64,000 bases of DNA from Thermoplasmatota archaeon (GCA_016927555.1 JAFGML010000039.1:9839-73838), one strand, 5' to 3'; positions 30,601 to 39,602 are shown, counted from the first letter of the stretch. Notes: generated by a model from the sequence alone, not told the origin. Made by a program: numbers and translations.

Positions 30601-30784
30601 GGTCAATTGGTTGGTAGCGCGCAGTCGAATCACTCGTGGTAATTGGCAGACGTAGTTCCTGCTGGTACGACCATGCGGTATTCCATCGAGGCAGTACATC
30701 GTCCTGAGCGGTTCCCGAGAGGCTTACCGCTGGAAGGGCGAGGAGGAGAAGGATGGTTGCTAGCGCTACTGGTGATCTGTGCAT
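27584..30784 (-). CDS. Large secreted protein with carboxypeptidase-regulatory-like beta-sandwich domains and a C-terminal polytopic (6 or more TM) region
   Basis: Signal peptide MHRSPVALATILLLLALPAVSLSG. Motifs FERIPAGEYILQLTY and ISLPPARYTIQAY. C-terminal TM helices (LVSLFLFGLFCFFLGL, VILLIAFSFV, LATLVCVSLSIGIII, LLLSFVAVCLLLVILF, FYLVLIGTIIVTCVL). The 3' end overlaps the convergent UbiA gene by about 56 nt. Confidence 0.6.
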   Translation of the reverse strand: MHRSPVALATILLLLALPAVSLSGTAQDDVLPRWNTAWSYQQELRLPITTSDSTARYQPIDLRITFENPCWSEDENRTSIRICCWHHAAWHELESQIYNLKTDSSDPTHITACNVVFLIPTYADGTERYFLYYHDHETTCVQYTDHVSVKDAYYSSSPLPDVSAQATYYGVTEDGCCLYAVGQEGNLLDRSISQVVVKQKKGAHTYDLLGADQIVSFAFSYYYGSKEKDESSSDQTFIDKKIFVDGNLMVQFGIISESKKKDIRTTALYKYYYYPVDDKKIDVSVKHEMLQEATVEGIENIDGRFGSIIQLKSKSASIDALNFGQIPPYLNFYDKNDIIKEYQMNQDPATKDREWIIPFRNDEDLGAEAWLCAGDGKAGKASAVIFSSNKGIVTSGTDEHDGIQIKVTEKEYFNFLGTEVDYASINFGRNSYEPGQSHDIMIPSDLVVNFNAEVYYSEHGGYEAVQHESRVYQTLVQSRSQFGDTPFERQLHQYNLTVITRFGGTHLSFPRLANLTARLFPVMWIELHREGQLIAAGAANRSVFTRASKTFYETLEGEYLVKVFWKRGNSTKMFTGATVVVLDKDKTVIVRCTWQRTITILFLDQQGNGIPGIHGSVTNRDGVLFDDNTTPSTGELLLKVPYNPQDPYTVHAEYKDFVVYDKELQQTLKRYTEDVTLELYTITITVTDTLGLPPGVSVTPMLLTTSEQRAIQLTPADSGEGQFVFERIPAGEYILQLTYGDFIDTQRVTIPNSSDHIRMEFTASFQLTIDLLDSKGNVVTQEGITFVVLRDGLSVTRTQDRIISLPPARYTIQAYCAEELIGEKDLELTNDRHLTFVTTLESLVSLLVSLFLFGLFCFFLGLTLLKKFSVSSLLKCLVILLIAFSFVQPWWQFHGDSLTPPAERHTAMYINPGVMIQQTTYQDRVFLDTEELPDIFLSFLSAMFPLATLVCVSLSIGIIIKRAQKKTYALLLSFVAVCLLLVILFSFYLGTTKLAETSLGTVFGDGTITVSIGDEDIPLQSSWGFSTGFYLVLIGTIIVTCVLAADVRTTLRQKKKWKTQQNSKQK

Positions 30785-30914
30785 ACAGCCTCTTGTGCAA
30801 TATTTATACTGTGTTTCTATATAAAAAGAGTTGTTTTATGAATTTAAGTACTTTTGTACTGAGGCACACTGGTTGTTCTCCTGTTGTTTTAAAAAGGTAC
30901 GTAGGGTCCTAAAG

Positions 30915-31880
30915 TTAAATCGCAGGGATGAAATCGAGCTGTCCTAGTTCACCAAAAATAATTAACGTGGTGAATCCGATGGCGTAGAACAGGTAGGTTA
31001 CGTACATCAGTGACCAAGCCTGGGTATTCTCAAGGGTTTGACTCTTATACTGTTTTAACATTAAATAGAAAATGAGGAAGCTTGGGATGATGAAGATGGT
31101 GAGTGGGAGGAAGTATGCATCGATGAGGTGGTAGTGAATGCAGAAGGGGATGGCGGCGAACGGGATGACAAGGAAGGGTAGGGAGATGTACGCTGCTTTT
31201 TTCAGTCCAAAGGTGTTTATGAGGGTTCGTGTCCCTGTCTTGCGGTCTGCTTCACAGTCGACAATGTCTTTTGTCGTCATGGCTCCCATGAAAAATACGA
31301 GCGCAATCACACCGAAGGTCAAGGGTACAGGGTCGAAGGGGTTGCCGAAGACGCTCCAGGAGGCAAGAATCGCAAACAGTCCTCGGGGGATGGCAATCCA
31401 CGTTTGGTTCACAAAGAGGAAGCGCTTCATGCGTGGGGGGAGAGAGTAGACCACGGTGAACACCATGATGAGGAAGACAAACACTCCGAAATAATTGTTT
31501 ATGGTCACGGCTCGAAGCAAGGCGAACAGGTAGAGGATGTAGGCGATGCTCTGTGCCTCATCCCGTTCCACGACTTTTCTGGGAATAGGACGGTATGGTT
31601 TGGAGATGAGATCGGATTCCAGGTCTGTTGCTTGGTTCAGCGCGTTCGATGCCCCATTGAGAATGGCAAGGGTGAGGCTTGCTTGGCCGATGATAATCCA
31701 CCAGTCGGGGAAGTCCTCGAAGTTGTCGTTGTACACCAAGCTGGCGAACATGATGAACATGGAGACAAAAATAGGTGCCAGGAGGGTGAATGGTCGCAGT
31801 AAATCGATGTACCCCCTTAGTCTTTTTGAAAGGAACCGACTTTTTTTATAGGGTTCCTTCATGGTTAATTTCACGGTCAT
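30915..31880 (-). CDS. UbiA-family prenyltransferase (paralog type A, related to 26719..27639)
   Basis: NALNQATDLESDLISKPYRPIPRK and TTKDIVDCEADRKTGTRT motifs. Polytopic. Confidence 0.8.
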   Translation of the reverse strand: MTVKLTMKEPYKKSRFLSKRLRGYIDLLRPFTLLAPIFVSMFIMFASLVYNDNFEDFPDWWIIIGQASLTLAILNGASNALNQATDLESDLISKPYRPIPRKVVERDEAQSIAYILYLFALLRAVTINNYFGVFVFLIMVFTVVYSLPPRMKRFLFVNQTWIAIPRGLFAILASWSVFGNPFDPVPLTFGVIALVFFMGAMTTKDIVDCEADRKTGTRTLINTFGLKKAAYISLPFLVIPFAAIPFCIHYHLIDAYFLPLTIFIIPSFLIFYLMLKQYKSQTLENTQAWSLMYVTYLFYAIGFTTLIIFGELGQLDFIPAI

Positions 31881-32031
31881 TTCAGCTCCATGAGTCCATT
31901 TTTTAGGTGTGGTAATGAGAGACGTACATTATATTAATTATCCTCAAGACGTATCCAAGAAGAACGATTCATTATTTTTTATATAAATATTACTATTATT
32001 ATTAAAAAAGGTGTACGAACAAGCCGTAGTG

Positions 32032-33408
32032 CTACGGCAACAAATCCTGAAGGGCTAGTGCAGAGTTGATCGCGCAATTGATACCGATGCCTGATGCTTT
32101 GACGCAGTCACCAATGAGGTAGAGGTTATCCACAGGGGTTTGTATGTCGGGTTTGGTGTTTCGAATTGTCTTTTCTACTCCGTCTAAATGCCAGACCGCT
32201 GGGTAGACAGCCCACTGCAGATGAGCGTGATAGTCAGGGATGATGCGTGCGAGGTTTCTATCAAGGGCATGTTTAAGCTTCTTCAATGTTTCTTTCTCCA
32301 CAGCCTCCCGTGGTGTGCAGATGATGTAGGCTTGGACCAGGTAGTGTTCTGGTGGTGAGAGCCCTGTTTCTGGTTTCGCGGAAATAAAATCGATCATGCC
32401 TGCAGCGTCGTTGCCATCGACGCCTATGTCTCGTTCAATGAAAATGAATGTTTTGCCAAGCAATCGAGGATCAATGGTGGTGAGCGCATAGTACGCGCAG
32501 AGACTCCCAGTGCCCTGCAGTGCTTTCATCATCGTGACGTACTCTGGTGGAAAGTGTTCTGTATCAGCTAATGTAAACAGCTGCTGAACGAGAGTATTTG
32601 AGATGACGTAGTCAAACAAGTGCGTGGTCTTGGCGACGATCACACCCTCTGCTCTCTTGTTGCGAATGAGGATTTTCTCCACCGGACTCTTCACGTGGAT
32701 TCTTCCACCGTGTTTCTTGATGTACTCTGCAAGGGTGTCCGAGAGCATCTGAAGACCGTGCTGTGGGTAGAACACACCGCGTAACCGCATGTCTCTTTGT
32801 GTGCGGAACACTTCACCAGTGGAGATGTACTCTAGGTTGTTAATCGTGCTGATCAATCGAGGGTTGAGCTCTAAGACTTCCTTCATTTTTCCTTTGCCGT
32901 ATTTCTGAATAGTCTCTGTCATTGGAATGGCATCCAGACCTTTCATGGTTTTTTCTCCCGCAAGTAACAAACGGACAATATTTGGGATCATGGAGAGTTT
33001 GTCAGCAGTGGTGACAAAATAACCAAAGTGGCTGTTCTTTTGCTCATGCAACCGGGAGTGATAAATGGTGATGTCAGTGAAGTCGTCCTGAAGAGTACTT
33101 CTCAGTTTTTCAATGATGCCTCCCCCAATCATGTGGAATCCAACGTCCAGGGTGTAGCCTTCAAACATCTTTTGACGTACGATTTCCTCCAGGGCCGGTT
33201 CTGAAAACGCGATGTGGGTAAAACTGTTCGAAAGGATTGCCTTGTACGAGTCATGTGTGTGAGATGACATCTGTATGGAGCGGGCTCGTCCACCGACGGT
33301 GTCTTCTCTTTCGAAGATATCGACGGAGTAGCCTTTTTGTATGAGTAGTGCGCCTGCGGTCAACCCACCGATACCTGCACCAATGATACATACTCTTTTT
33401 GTCGTCAT
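32032..33408 (-). CDS. CrtI-family FAD-dependent oxidoreductase (phytoene-desaturase-like)
   Basis: N-terminal Rossmann VCIIGAGIGGLTAGALL...DIFEREDTVGGRARS. 458 aa. C-terminal FAD-binding GDCVKASGIGIN. Confidence 0.75.
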   Translation of the reverse strand: MTTKRVCIIGAGIGGLTAGALLIQKGYSVDIFEREDTVGGRARSIQMSSHTHDSYKAILSNSFTHIAFSEPALEEIVRQKMFEGYTLDVGFHMIGGGIIEKLRSTLQDDFTDITIYHSRLHEQKNSHFGYFVTTADKLSMIPNIVRLLLAGEKTMKGLDAIPMTETIQKYGKGKMKEVLELNPRLISTINNLEYISTGEVFRTQRDMRLRGVFYPQHGLQMLSDTLAEYIKKHGGRIHVKSPVEKILIRNKRAEGVIVAKTTHLFDYVISNTLVQQLFTLADTEHFPPEYVTMMKALQGTGSLCAYYALTTIDPRLLGKTFIFIERDIGVDGNDAAGMIDFISAKPETGLSPPEHYLVQAYIICTPREAVEKETLKKLKHALDRNLARIIPDYHAHLQWAVYPAVWHLDGVEKTIRNTKPDIQTPVDNLYLIGDCVKASGIGINCAINSALALQDLLP

Positions 33409-33421
33409 ATGTCAAGACACC

Positions 33422-34729
33422 CTATGGGACGTCCTTCGTCCTATGAAAGCGGTATTTCAGAGAGCTAATAAAGTACCTTCTGATGATTTTCCACTTGTAC
33501 TCCTGTACACTTAATTCTCCGGTGATGACACGAATGATGAGGTTTGTGAGAATCGGATCTGTGCTTGCTATTTTGAGGACTTGTTCCGCTCGTTGGGTCG
33601 TGTTACGTTTCACAACCGCTGAGATCAAATCAATATCCCTTCCAAATTCTTTCTGCCACCGTGTCTGATATCTCGATAAAAACTCACGTCCGAATTGTCT
33701 TTTCTGAAATGCTTCAGCGATGACACCCGCAGCGATTTCTCCTGAGACCATGGCATAGTAGATACCTTCCCCGGAGAGTGGATTGATAAACCCGGCTGCG
33801 TCACCGACAAGCAGGAGCCGATCAGCATACGTGTGCTCTAAGGGATGCGTCGGTAATGCTCCGCCTTTGAGTGGCGCATCTTGTAGATTTTTCGGTACCA
33901 AATTTGTTTCTTGTAGAAATGCGATATACTCCTTATACGCTTCACGCAGATTCACTTTATGGTTTTGGTCTTGTTTGAATGCTTGAATGACACCAAATCC
34001 AATGTTGAGATGTTCTTTTTTTGGAAACACCCATCCATAGCCTGTGAGAGTCTTGAAGCGTGAATGCACATAGCAGTGTCGAGATGATTTGAAATACTCA
34101 TCCATGGTGGGTTCAGGGACGTGAAATTCCTGCATGAGGCAGACACCTTTTTCTATCCCTGTTTTTTGCAACCCTGATTTTTTTGCAACGATGCTTGAGA
34201 CACCATCAGCACCGATGATGACGTCTGATTCTACGGTTTCACCCTGCTTCGTCATCACCTGTGCTATCTCATCGGTGATGTGGATCGCTGAGACTGGTGT
34301 GTGTGCTTGGAAGACGGCTCCTGCATCTGTCGCACATTTCACAAGTGCAGCATCAAAAGTCCTTCTCAGTACTGTGGCTATCAATGGTGTGGTAGTTTGT
34401 GCTTCAACTCTATACCGAAGTGAAGGAGAAAAAGTGGTTCCACTTGATGAATACGACTCAATGATATTTTCATTCACAACATAGGGGAATCGTTGCAGGA
34501 CTCGTATGGGGAGCCCGCCACCACATGGTTTATCCCGAGGGAATGTTTCCTTATCGAGTAGTAGCGTCTTCAACCCGCGTTCTGCTAGATACTTTGCTGC
34601 GGTTGAACCGGCAGGACCTGCGCCAACGATGGTTACGTCGTATTTCATTCGTCCCCCATCTTTTTTTTCACATCCGTGGTTTAAACAATTTTTCTCCAAG
34701 TAAGGGTGTGAAGATAATGTACCAGACAA
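33422..34729 (-). CDS. Geranylgeranyl reductase family flavoprotein (digeranylgeranylglycerophospholipid reductase-like)
   Basis: YDVTIVGAGPAGSTAAKYLAERG ... PRDKPCGGGL (the PxCGGG motif of the GGR family). True start is probably the internal Met MKYDV (about 34648). Confidence 0.82.
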   Translation of the reverse strand: MSGTLSSHPYLEKNCLNHGCEKKDGGRMKYDVTIVGAGPAGSTAAKYLAERGLKTLLLDKETFPRDKPCGGGLPIRVLQRFPYVVNENIIESYSSSGTTFSPSLRYRVEAQTTTPLIATVLRRTFDAALVKCATDAGAVFQAHTPVSAIHITDEIAQVMTKQGETVESDVIIGADGVSSIVAKKSGLQKTGIEKGVCLMQEFHVPEPTMDEYFKSSRHCYVHSRFKTLTGYGWVFPKKEHLNIGFGVIQAFKQDQNHKVNLREAYKEYIAFLQETNLVPKNLQDAPLKGGALPTHPLEHTYADRLLLVGDAAGFINPLSGEGIYYAMVSGEIAAGVIAEAFQKRQFGREFLSRYQTRWQKEFGRDIDLISAVVKRNTTQRAEQVLKIASTDPILTNLIIRVITGELSVQEYKWKIIRRYFISSLKYRFHRTKDVP

Positions 34730-35672
34730 TTGGCACTAGTATCAGGAGGAATGTTGTGACTTCATCGACGATGCACAGCATCATTATGGGGACAATGGCG
34801 TAGCGGACAAACGACTGTACGCCAATGATTTTTCTGATTTTATTTCGATCAAACACCTTGAGGGACAGCAGGGTGACATCAAAGTAGAGTGACAGAATGA
34901 TGAACAAGAACAGCAGGATGAGTTCCCAGAGTTCATAGGAGTAGTGAAACAGAACTGCTGGGAGAAAGAACAAGACTGCTGCGCCCAGGCGAAGTCCCAG
35001 ACCAAAGGCTTGAAACCCCCGCGGGATAACTATCTTTGTTTCTTGGACTTTGACTCCAGAGGTTAGCGCGATGTTGCTTACGTTCATTTTGTAATCATGG
35101 TCTGCGTCCTTAATCCCGTTTTGTACTGCATTCATGTACAAGATGTTTTCAAAGGTGAGTAGGAAGATGATCCAGGTGATGACGTTGGGTTGCCCAAAGG
35201 ACAGGGCGCCAAAGAGAAAGATCAAAGCCACTGATATCGCAACGAGAAAATCAGAGCCAGCGATTTTTTTCCCATAGACGTCATAGGTCGTCCCAAGGAT
35301 GCCTGCGAGGATGATGCAGGTCATGCCTATGAATTTGTAGTAGTCGACAGGTTGGTTGTACCAGAGTAAGGCGATGAAGAAGAAAGCGCAAAACGCGAGC
35401 AGAAACGTAATCATCAACCCGTTTTTTTTTGAGACTTCACCACTCACCAATGGTTTTTTTTTCAACTCATCAACGTGTCGATCGAGTTCGACATCAACGA
35501 TGTCATTGACGAGGAACCCAAAGACACTTGCACACGCCCCAATGATGAACACGAGCGTAAGAGAGTACAGATCAGAGATCCCAATGGTCAGCGCTGCGAT
35601 GACTGGTACAATTCCTAGAGCGCCAATGCCTGGTAAGCGAAGCAGTCGGGCGTACGCAGAGACCTTTAACAT
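34668..35672 (-). CDS. UbiA-family prenyltransferase (paralog type B, DGGGP-synthase-like)
   Basis: FLVNDIVDVELDRHVDELKKKPLVSG (NDxxDxxxD...KP motif). Multiple TM helices. Confidence 0.75.
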   Translation of the reverse strand: MLKVSAYARLLRLPGIGALGIVPVIAALTIGISDLYSLTLVFIIGACASVFGFLVNDIVDVELDRHVDELKKKPLVSGEVSKKNGLMITFLLAFCAFFFIALLWYNQPVDYYKFIGMTCIILAGILGTTYDVYGKKIAGSDFLVAISVALIFLFGALSFGQPNVITWIIFLLTFENILYMNAVQNGIKDADHDYKMNVSNIALTSGVKVQETKIVIPRGFQAFGLGLRLGAAVLFFLPAVLFHYSYELWELILLFLFIILSLYFDVTLLSLKVFDRNKIRKIIGVQSFVRYAIVPIMMLCIVDEVTTFLLILVPIVWYIIFTPLLGEKLFKPRM

Positions 35673-35728
35673 AGAGGTGTGTTAGAAGATTACGATATTT
35701 GAGCTTTTCTCCGTCCTATGGCGTCTTC

Positions 35729-36664
35729 TTAGTGGAAGACTTCGAGGAGGATGAACAGTTGGAACACGATGATCATGACGCGTGTTCCTGTGCGTTCGTA
35801 CCGTTCAAATGCTTTCCATATGCGTTTCTCATCGTTGGTGGATATCACCACTCGATACGTCAGCAGCCAGGTGAGCATCAGTGCTGCAGCGAGTAGCCCT
35901 CCTCCAATGAGGTAGACGGTGCCAAATACTTGAGGCATGTGGACACCTGCCCAGTCGTACGCTGACAACGGGAAGAGAGGGATGAACAGCAGGTAGAACA
36001 GTAAGGCCAGCTGCATTGATCGTTTCCGTCCAAGACGCACAGGTGTTGTTTTGAACCCTGCTTTCAGATCGCCGATGTAGTCCCCGGCACACACCATGAT
36101 TTCTCTGCCTGTTTCTTGGAAGAAGATAGCCAAGGCGAGTGGCAGCATGAGCAGTGGTTGCTCGGGAAACACAGCCAGACCGCCCCAGTAGGGTATCGCG
36201 CCGACGCCGAAGGCAACGGCCATATGGCCGATGAGTCCATGGTGCTTTCCATAGTAGTTGTAGTACAACCCGATGATCACCAGCGCCACGGTGAGCAGGG
36301 CCACCTGCCAGTTGATCTGCCCTGTGTCCGCGTAGTTGACGAAGGCTGCGGCAAAAATCGAGAAGACCATCAAGATAATGCCTGTGTAGTACACTGTTGT
36401 TTCTTTGAGGATTCCTGAGGGGACGGGTTTATGTGGTCGGTTTACTTTATCAGAGTCTAAATCGGTGATGTCGTTGTGAAACATCGTACCTGTCGAGAGG
36501 AGTGCTGGTGCGACTATGAGGAGGAGAAGTTGGACTATAGAGAGGCTGATGTCGTTATAGACGGCACAGTTCAGAGCGCTGACCACAGCTCCAAAGGCAC
36601 ATAGAAAGAGTATCGGTGGGCGAATCATGCGTACCCATGCAACTGCTAAGGTCCCTATGCCCAT
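35729..36664 (-). CDS. UbiA-family prenyltransferase (paralog type B)
   Basis: MFHNDITDLDSDKVNRPHKPVPSG motif. 8 or more TM helices. Confidence 0.75.
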   Translation of the reverse strand: MGIGTLAVAWVRMIRPPILFLCAFGAVVSALNCAVYNDISLSIVQLLLLIVAPALLSTGTMFHNDITDLDSDKVNRPHKPVPSGILKETTVYYTGIILMVFSIFAAAFVNYADTGQINWQVALLTVALVIIGLYYNYYGKHHGLIGHMAVAFGVGAIPYWGGLAVFPEQPLLMLPLALAIFFQETGREIMVCAGDYIGDLKAGFKTTPVRLGRKRSMQLALLFYLLFIPLFPLSAYDWAGVHMPQVFGTVYLIGGGLLAAALMLTWLLTYRVVISTNDEKRIWKAFERYERTGTRVMIIVFQLFILLEVFH

Positions 36665-36739
36665 AGTGCCGTATAATAGAAAACAGCCTTTATTACTTTA
36701 CTGGTTTTGCGTTGCGACCTTCTCGGAGGAGAAATTGTG

Positions 36740-37417
36740 TTACGAGAAACCAGTGTACTCAAACAGTCGGACGAGGGCGCCATGGATGACAAACACGATA
36801 GTCCCTGTAATGGAAATAGAGGTAATGGCAAGGAGCACCTTTCTGTTCTCTGTGAACCGTGATCGTTCGATGAGTAAGGTTGCGACAGACATAAAGAAAA
36901 TCAACACGAACCATCCGATGAAATTCAGAATGGGAACCTCATAGAATCGAATGCCTGTGAGAGATTCTTTCCAGATCCACCAGTTGTTGTAATGGGCGAT
37001 GGGGTCCTCCAGGAGATCGAGACAGACGCCAAAGAGCCCTGCGGTTGCTGAGATCAACAGAATCTGCATGAGATTTCGTTTGTGATAGAGACGGGCAATC
37101 ACATGTCGTCCCATGTTCATGAACAGGAAGAGATTCACACTCCACGCTAGCAAGATAATGAGTGGGACACCGCCATTAACAACCGAGAGATATATGATGT
37201 ACCCTGGGTAGTAGTACCGCTCACTGGCTACTCCCGCTGATTCAATGAATAAGGTGGCGATGATGATAGGCAGGAAGTACATGATAGTCTTTTTCCACCC
37301 GTAGGTTTTGTAGGAGTGAACGACAAGGACGATCCACGCGATAGCGATGATACCAATGAACAGCGCAAGGAGGTTTGTGCCTTCTCCAAACTGTTGGTTG
37401 ATCTCTAGGAATATCAT
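36740..37417 (-). CDS. Polytopic membrane protein in the isoprenoid island (possibly a carotenoid/lipid-modifying integral membrane protein)
   Basis: 225 aa, about 6 TM. Conserved-looking loop ERYYYPGY and HYNNWWIWKE. Functional guess from context only. Confidence 0.35.
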   Translation of the reverse strand: MIFLEINQQFGEGTNLLALFIGIIAIAWIVLVVHSYKTYGWKKTIMYFLPIIIATLFIESAGVASERYYYPGYIIYLSVVNGGVPLIILLAWSVNLFLFMNMGRHVIARLYHKRNLMQILLISATAGLFGVCLDLLEDPIAHYNNWWIWKESLTGIRFYEVPILNFIGWFVLIFFMSVATLLIERSRFTENRKVLLAITSISITGTIVFVIHGALVRLFEYTGFS

Positions 37418-37421
37418 GGTA

Positions 37422-37754
37422 TTATGACACCTTAGCTCTGGTTGTCTTGTATTTTAACAACAGCATCACGATGAGAGGAATGCTGGCGAGTATCGCTCCC
37501 AGAATCGTTGGGACAAACTGTGAGAGTGCCCCGATGATGATGATCGTAATCCAGATGAACAGGTACAGGACGAAGTAGAGATTGACCTTTCTCTTGAGCA
37601 TGGTTGTATAGTCAGTTGATAAGTTCTCAGGCAGTGGTTCCTCCTGTTTTTTACCAGTAAAAAAGAGGATGAGCGTCACAATGATGCCAGTGATCCCTAA
37701 GGGGAGGAACAGGAGAATGTTATCCAGGATGTATTGGACGACAGTGTTCTGCAT
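37422..37754 (-). CDS. Small membrane protein (3 TM)
   Basis: 110-aa ORF whose stop lies 5 nt before the start of 36740..37417. Confidence 0.35.
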   Translation of the reverse strand: MQNTVVQYILDNILLFLPLGITGIIVTLILFFTGKKQEEPLPENLSTDYTTMLKRKVNLYFVLYLFIWITIIIIGALSQFVPTILGAILASIPLIVMLLLKYKTTRAKVS

Positions 37755-37892
37755 GGGTCTCTACAGGTGCTGTAACCTCTGTAATGTTTAATAGTTTTCT
37801 TGTCAAATGTTTTTTTTTGTATCACTCGATAATCCCTCTTCGCTCCGTCCAAAACATATTCTTATAAATAGTGACGCTTATCCACGCTCTAT

Positions 37893-38531
37893 ATGATTAT
37901 TACAAAACAAAAAGATGTTGAGACACTAGTAAAAAATCTGTCTGGTAGAACAGTGTTTCTCGTTGGGTGCAGTGAATGCGCAACGCTCTGTCACACAGGT
38001 GGTGAGGGGGAAGTGGTGTCGTTAAAGACAGTACTTGAGAGCCATGACATTGTGGTCTCTGGCTGGGTTGTGTTGGATCCTGCTTGTCATCTGATGAACG
38101 ATAAGCGGATGCTGAAGACGTATGACCAGCAGGTGCGTTCAGCTGAGGTGATTCTGGTTCTTGCGTGTGGCAACGGAGTGCAAACGGTCGCTGAACTGTT
38201 TCCCACAAAAGAGGTGCGAGCAGGTACAGATACGATGTTTTTAGGGGAGATTTCTCGGACTACCGAGTTTGATAAACGATGTATAATATGTGGGGAGTGC
38301 CTCTTGGATTCTTTTGGTGGCCTTTGTCCACTTTCCCGTTGTCCGAAGTTGATGCTGAATGGCCCCTGTGGTGGATCTGTTGGTGGGAAGTGTGAGGTGG
38401 ATTCGACGATGGAGTGTGTCTGGGACACCATCTATCAGAAAGCAAAACAACAAGGAAATCTTGACCAGCTTGCTGTTCTTCAACCACCGAAGGATTGGTC
38501 GAAGTCCTTGGAGATGAAACGGAGACTCTGA
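37893..38531 (+). CDS. metV: MetV-like zinc-ribbon protein (MTHFR C-terminal-like domain)
   Basis: Cys-rich. VGCSECATLCH, CIICGECLL, and the signature CPKLMLNGPCGGSVGGKCEV (NGPCGG motif). Confidence 0.65.
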   Translation: MIITKQKDVETLVKNLSGRTVFLVGCSECATLCHTGGEGEVVSLKTVLESHDIVVSGWVVLDPACHLMNDKRMLKTYDQQVRSAEVILVLACGNGVQTVAELFPTKEVRAGTDTMFLGEISRTTEFDKRCIICGECLLDSFGGLCPLSRCPKLMLNGPCGGSVGGKCEVDSTMECVWDTIYQKAKQQGNLDQLAVLQPPKDWSKSLEMKRRL

Positions 38532-38532
38532 C

Positions 38533-39447
38533 ATGGGGTTTCGTAGTACTCTTGAACAGGTGCTTGCAGAAGGCCGGTTTGTCGTGACTGCTGAGATTGG
38601 TCCTCCAAAAGGAGCAGATGCAGAGAAGATTCGGCAGAAAGCAACGCTTCTGAGAGGGTTTGCCCATGCGTTTAATGTCACGGATAATCAGACGGCGGTT
38701 GTCCGGCTGTCCAGCCTTGCAGCAAGTGTTATTCTTCTCCAGATGAAGCTGGAGCCGGTGATGCAGATGACGTGTCGTGACCGGAATCGTATTGCGCTGC
38801 AAAGTGATGTGCTAGGTGCGGCTGCCCTGGGGGTTCGGAACATGCTGTGTTTGACGGGTGATCATCAGTCGTTTGGGAATCATCCTTCCGCACGAGGGGT
38901 GTTTGATGTGGATTCTATTCAGCTGCTGCACATGATTGGCGACATGCGGGATCGTGGTGTATTTCAGAGTGGTGATAAATTGCGTGCGACGCGTCCTGAG
39001 GTGTTTCTTGGTGCCGCGGCGAATCCCTATGCTGATCCACTTGAGTTGCAGCTGATGCGACTGCAGAAAAAAATTGCTGCAGGCGCTCAGTTTATTCAGA
39101 CGCAAAGCGTGTATAATGTGGAGAAATTTTTATGCTGGATGGATGCGGTGCGTTCCTTGGGTCTTGATAAGGAAGTCCACATCCTTGCTGGTGTCACACC
39201 GTTGAAATCCGTGAAGATGGCTGAGCGGATGAAATTTCATGTACCGGGAGCTGATGTACCGGATGCGGTGTATCAGAGAATGAAGAGTGCGTTGAATCCC
39301 AAGGAAGAAGGTTATGCGATTGCTTTGGAAACTCTGCGGTCTTTAAAAAAGGTGTCTGGTGTGAAAGGAGTCCATCTGACTGCCTTGTTTTGGGAGGAGA
39401 TTATCCCTTCGTTGGTAAAAGACGTAGGGCTACACCCTAGTCTCTAG
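38533..39447 (+). CDS. metF: Methylenetetrahydrofolate reductase, MetF family
   Basis: 304 aa. TIM-barrel MetF-like blocks (FVVTAEIGPPKG, NVTDNQTAVVRLS, MLCLTGDHQS). Starts 2 nt after the metV stop. Confidence 0.78.
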   Translation: MGFRSTLEQVLAEGRFVVTAEIGPPKGADAEKIRQKATLLRGFAHAFNVTDNQTAVVRLSSLAASVILLQMKLEPVMQMTCRDRNRIALQSDVLGAAALGVRNMLCLTGDHQSFGNHPSARGVFDVDSIQLLHMIGDMRDRGVFQSGDKLRATRPEVFLGAAANPYADPLELQLMRLQKKIAAGAQFIQTQSVYNVEKFLCWMDAVRSLGLDKEVHILAGVTPLKSVKMAERMKFHVPGADVPDAVYQRMKSALNPKEEGYAIALETLRSLKKVSGVKGVHLTALFWEEIIPSLVKDVGLHPSL

Positions 39448-39456
39448 AGAGGCAAG

Positions 39457-39489
39457 TTTTTTTTTGGTATTTTCCTTCTGATTTTTTTT
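39457..39489 (+). terminator. Oligo-T tracts (T9 and T8) downstream of metF
   Basis: gttttttttt ... attttttttg directly after the TAG stop at 39445-39447. Confidence 0.45.
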
Positions 39490-39602
39490 GTAGTTACTTT
39501 TGACGTCATTTTGTCATTGTGCTATTTTCGCGGCTAAGCTTTAAATAACATTTTGCCAGAAAGTAACATGTCAACACGAGACACGGAAGGAAGAGGTAGC
39601 AC

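Noticed and set aside
38260-38802. 180-aa minus-strand ORF across the metV/metF junction
   Set aside because: Antisense to two tightly coupled genes with strong family signatures.
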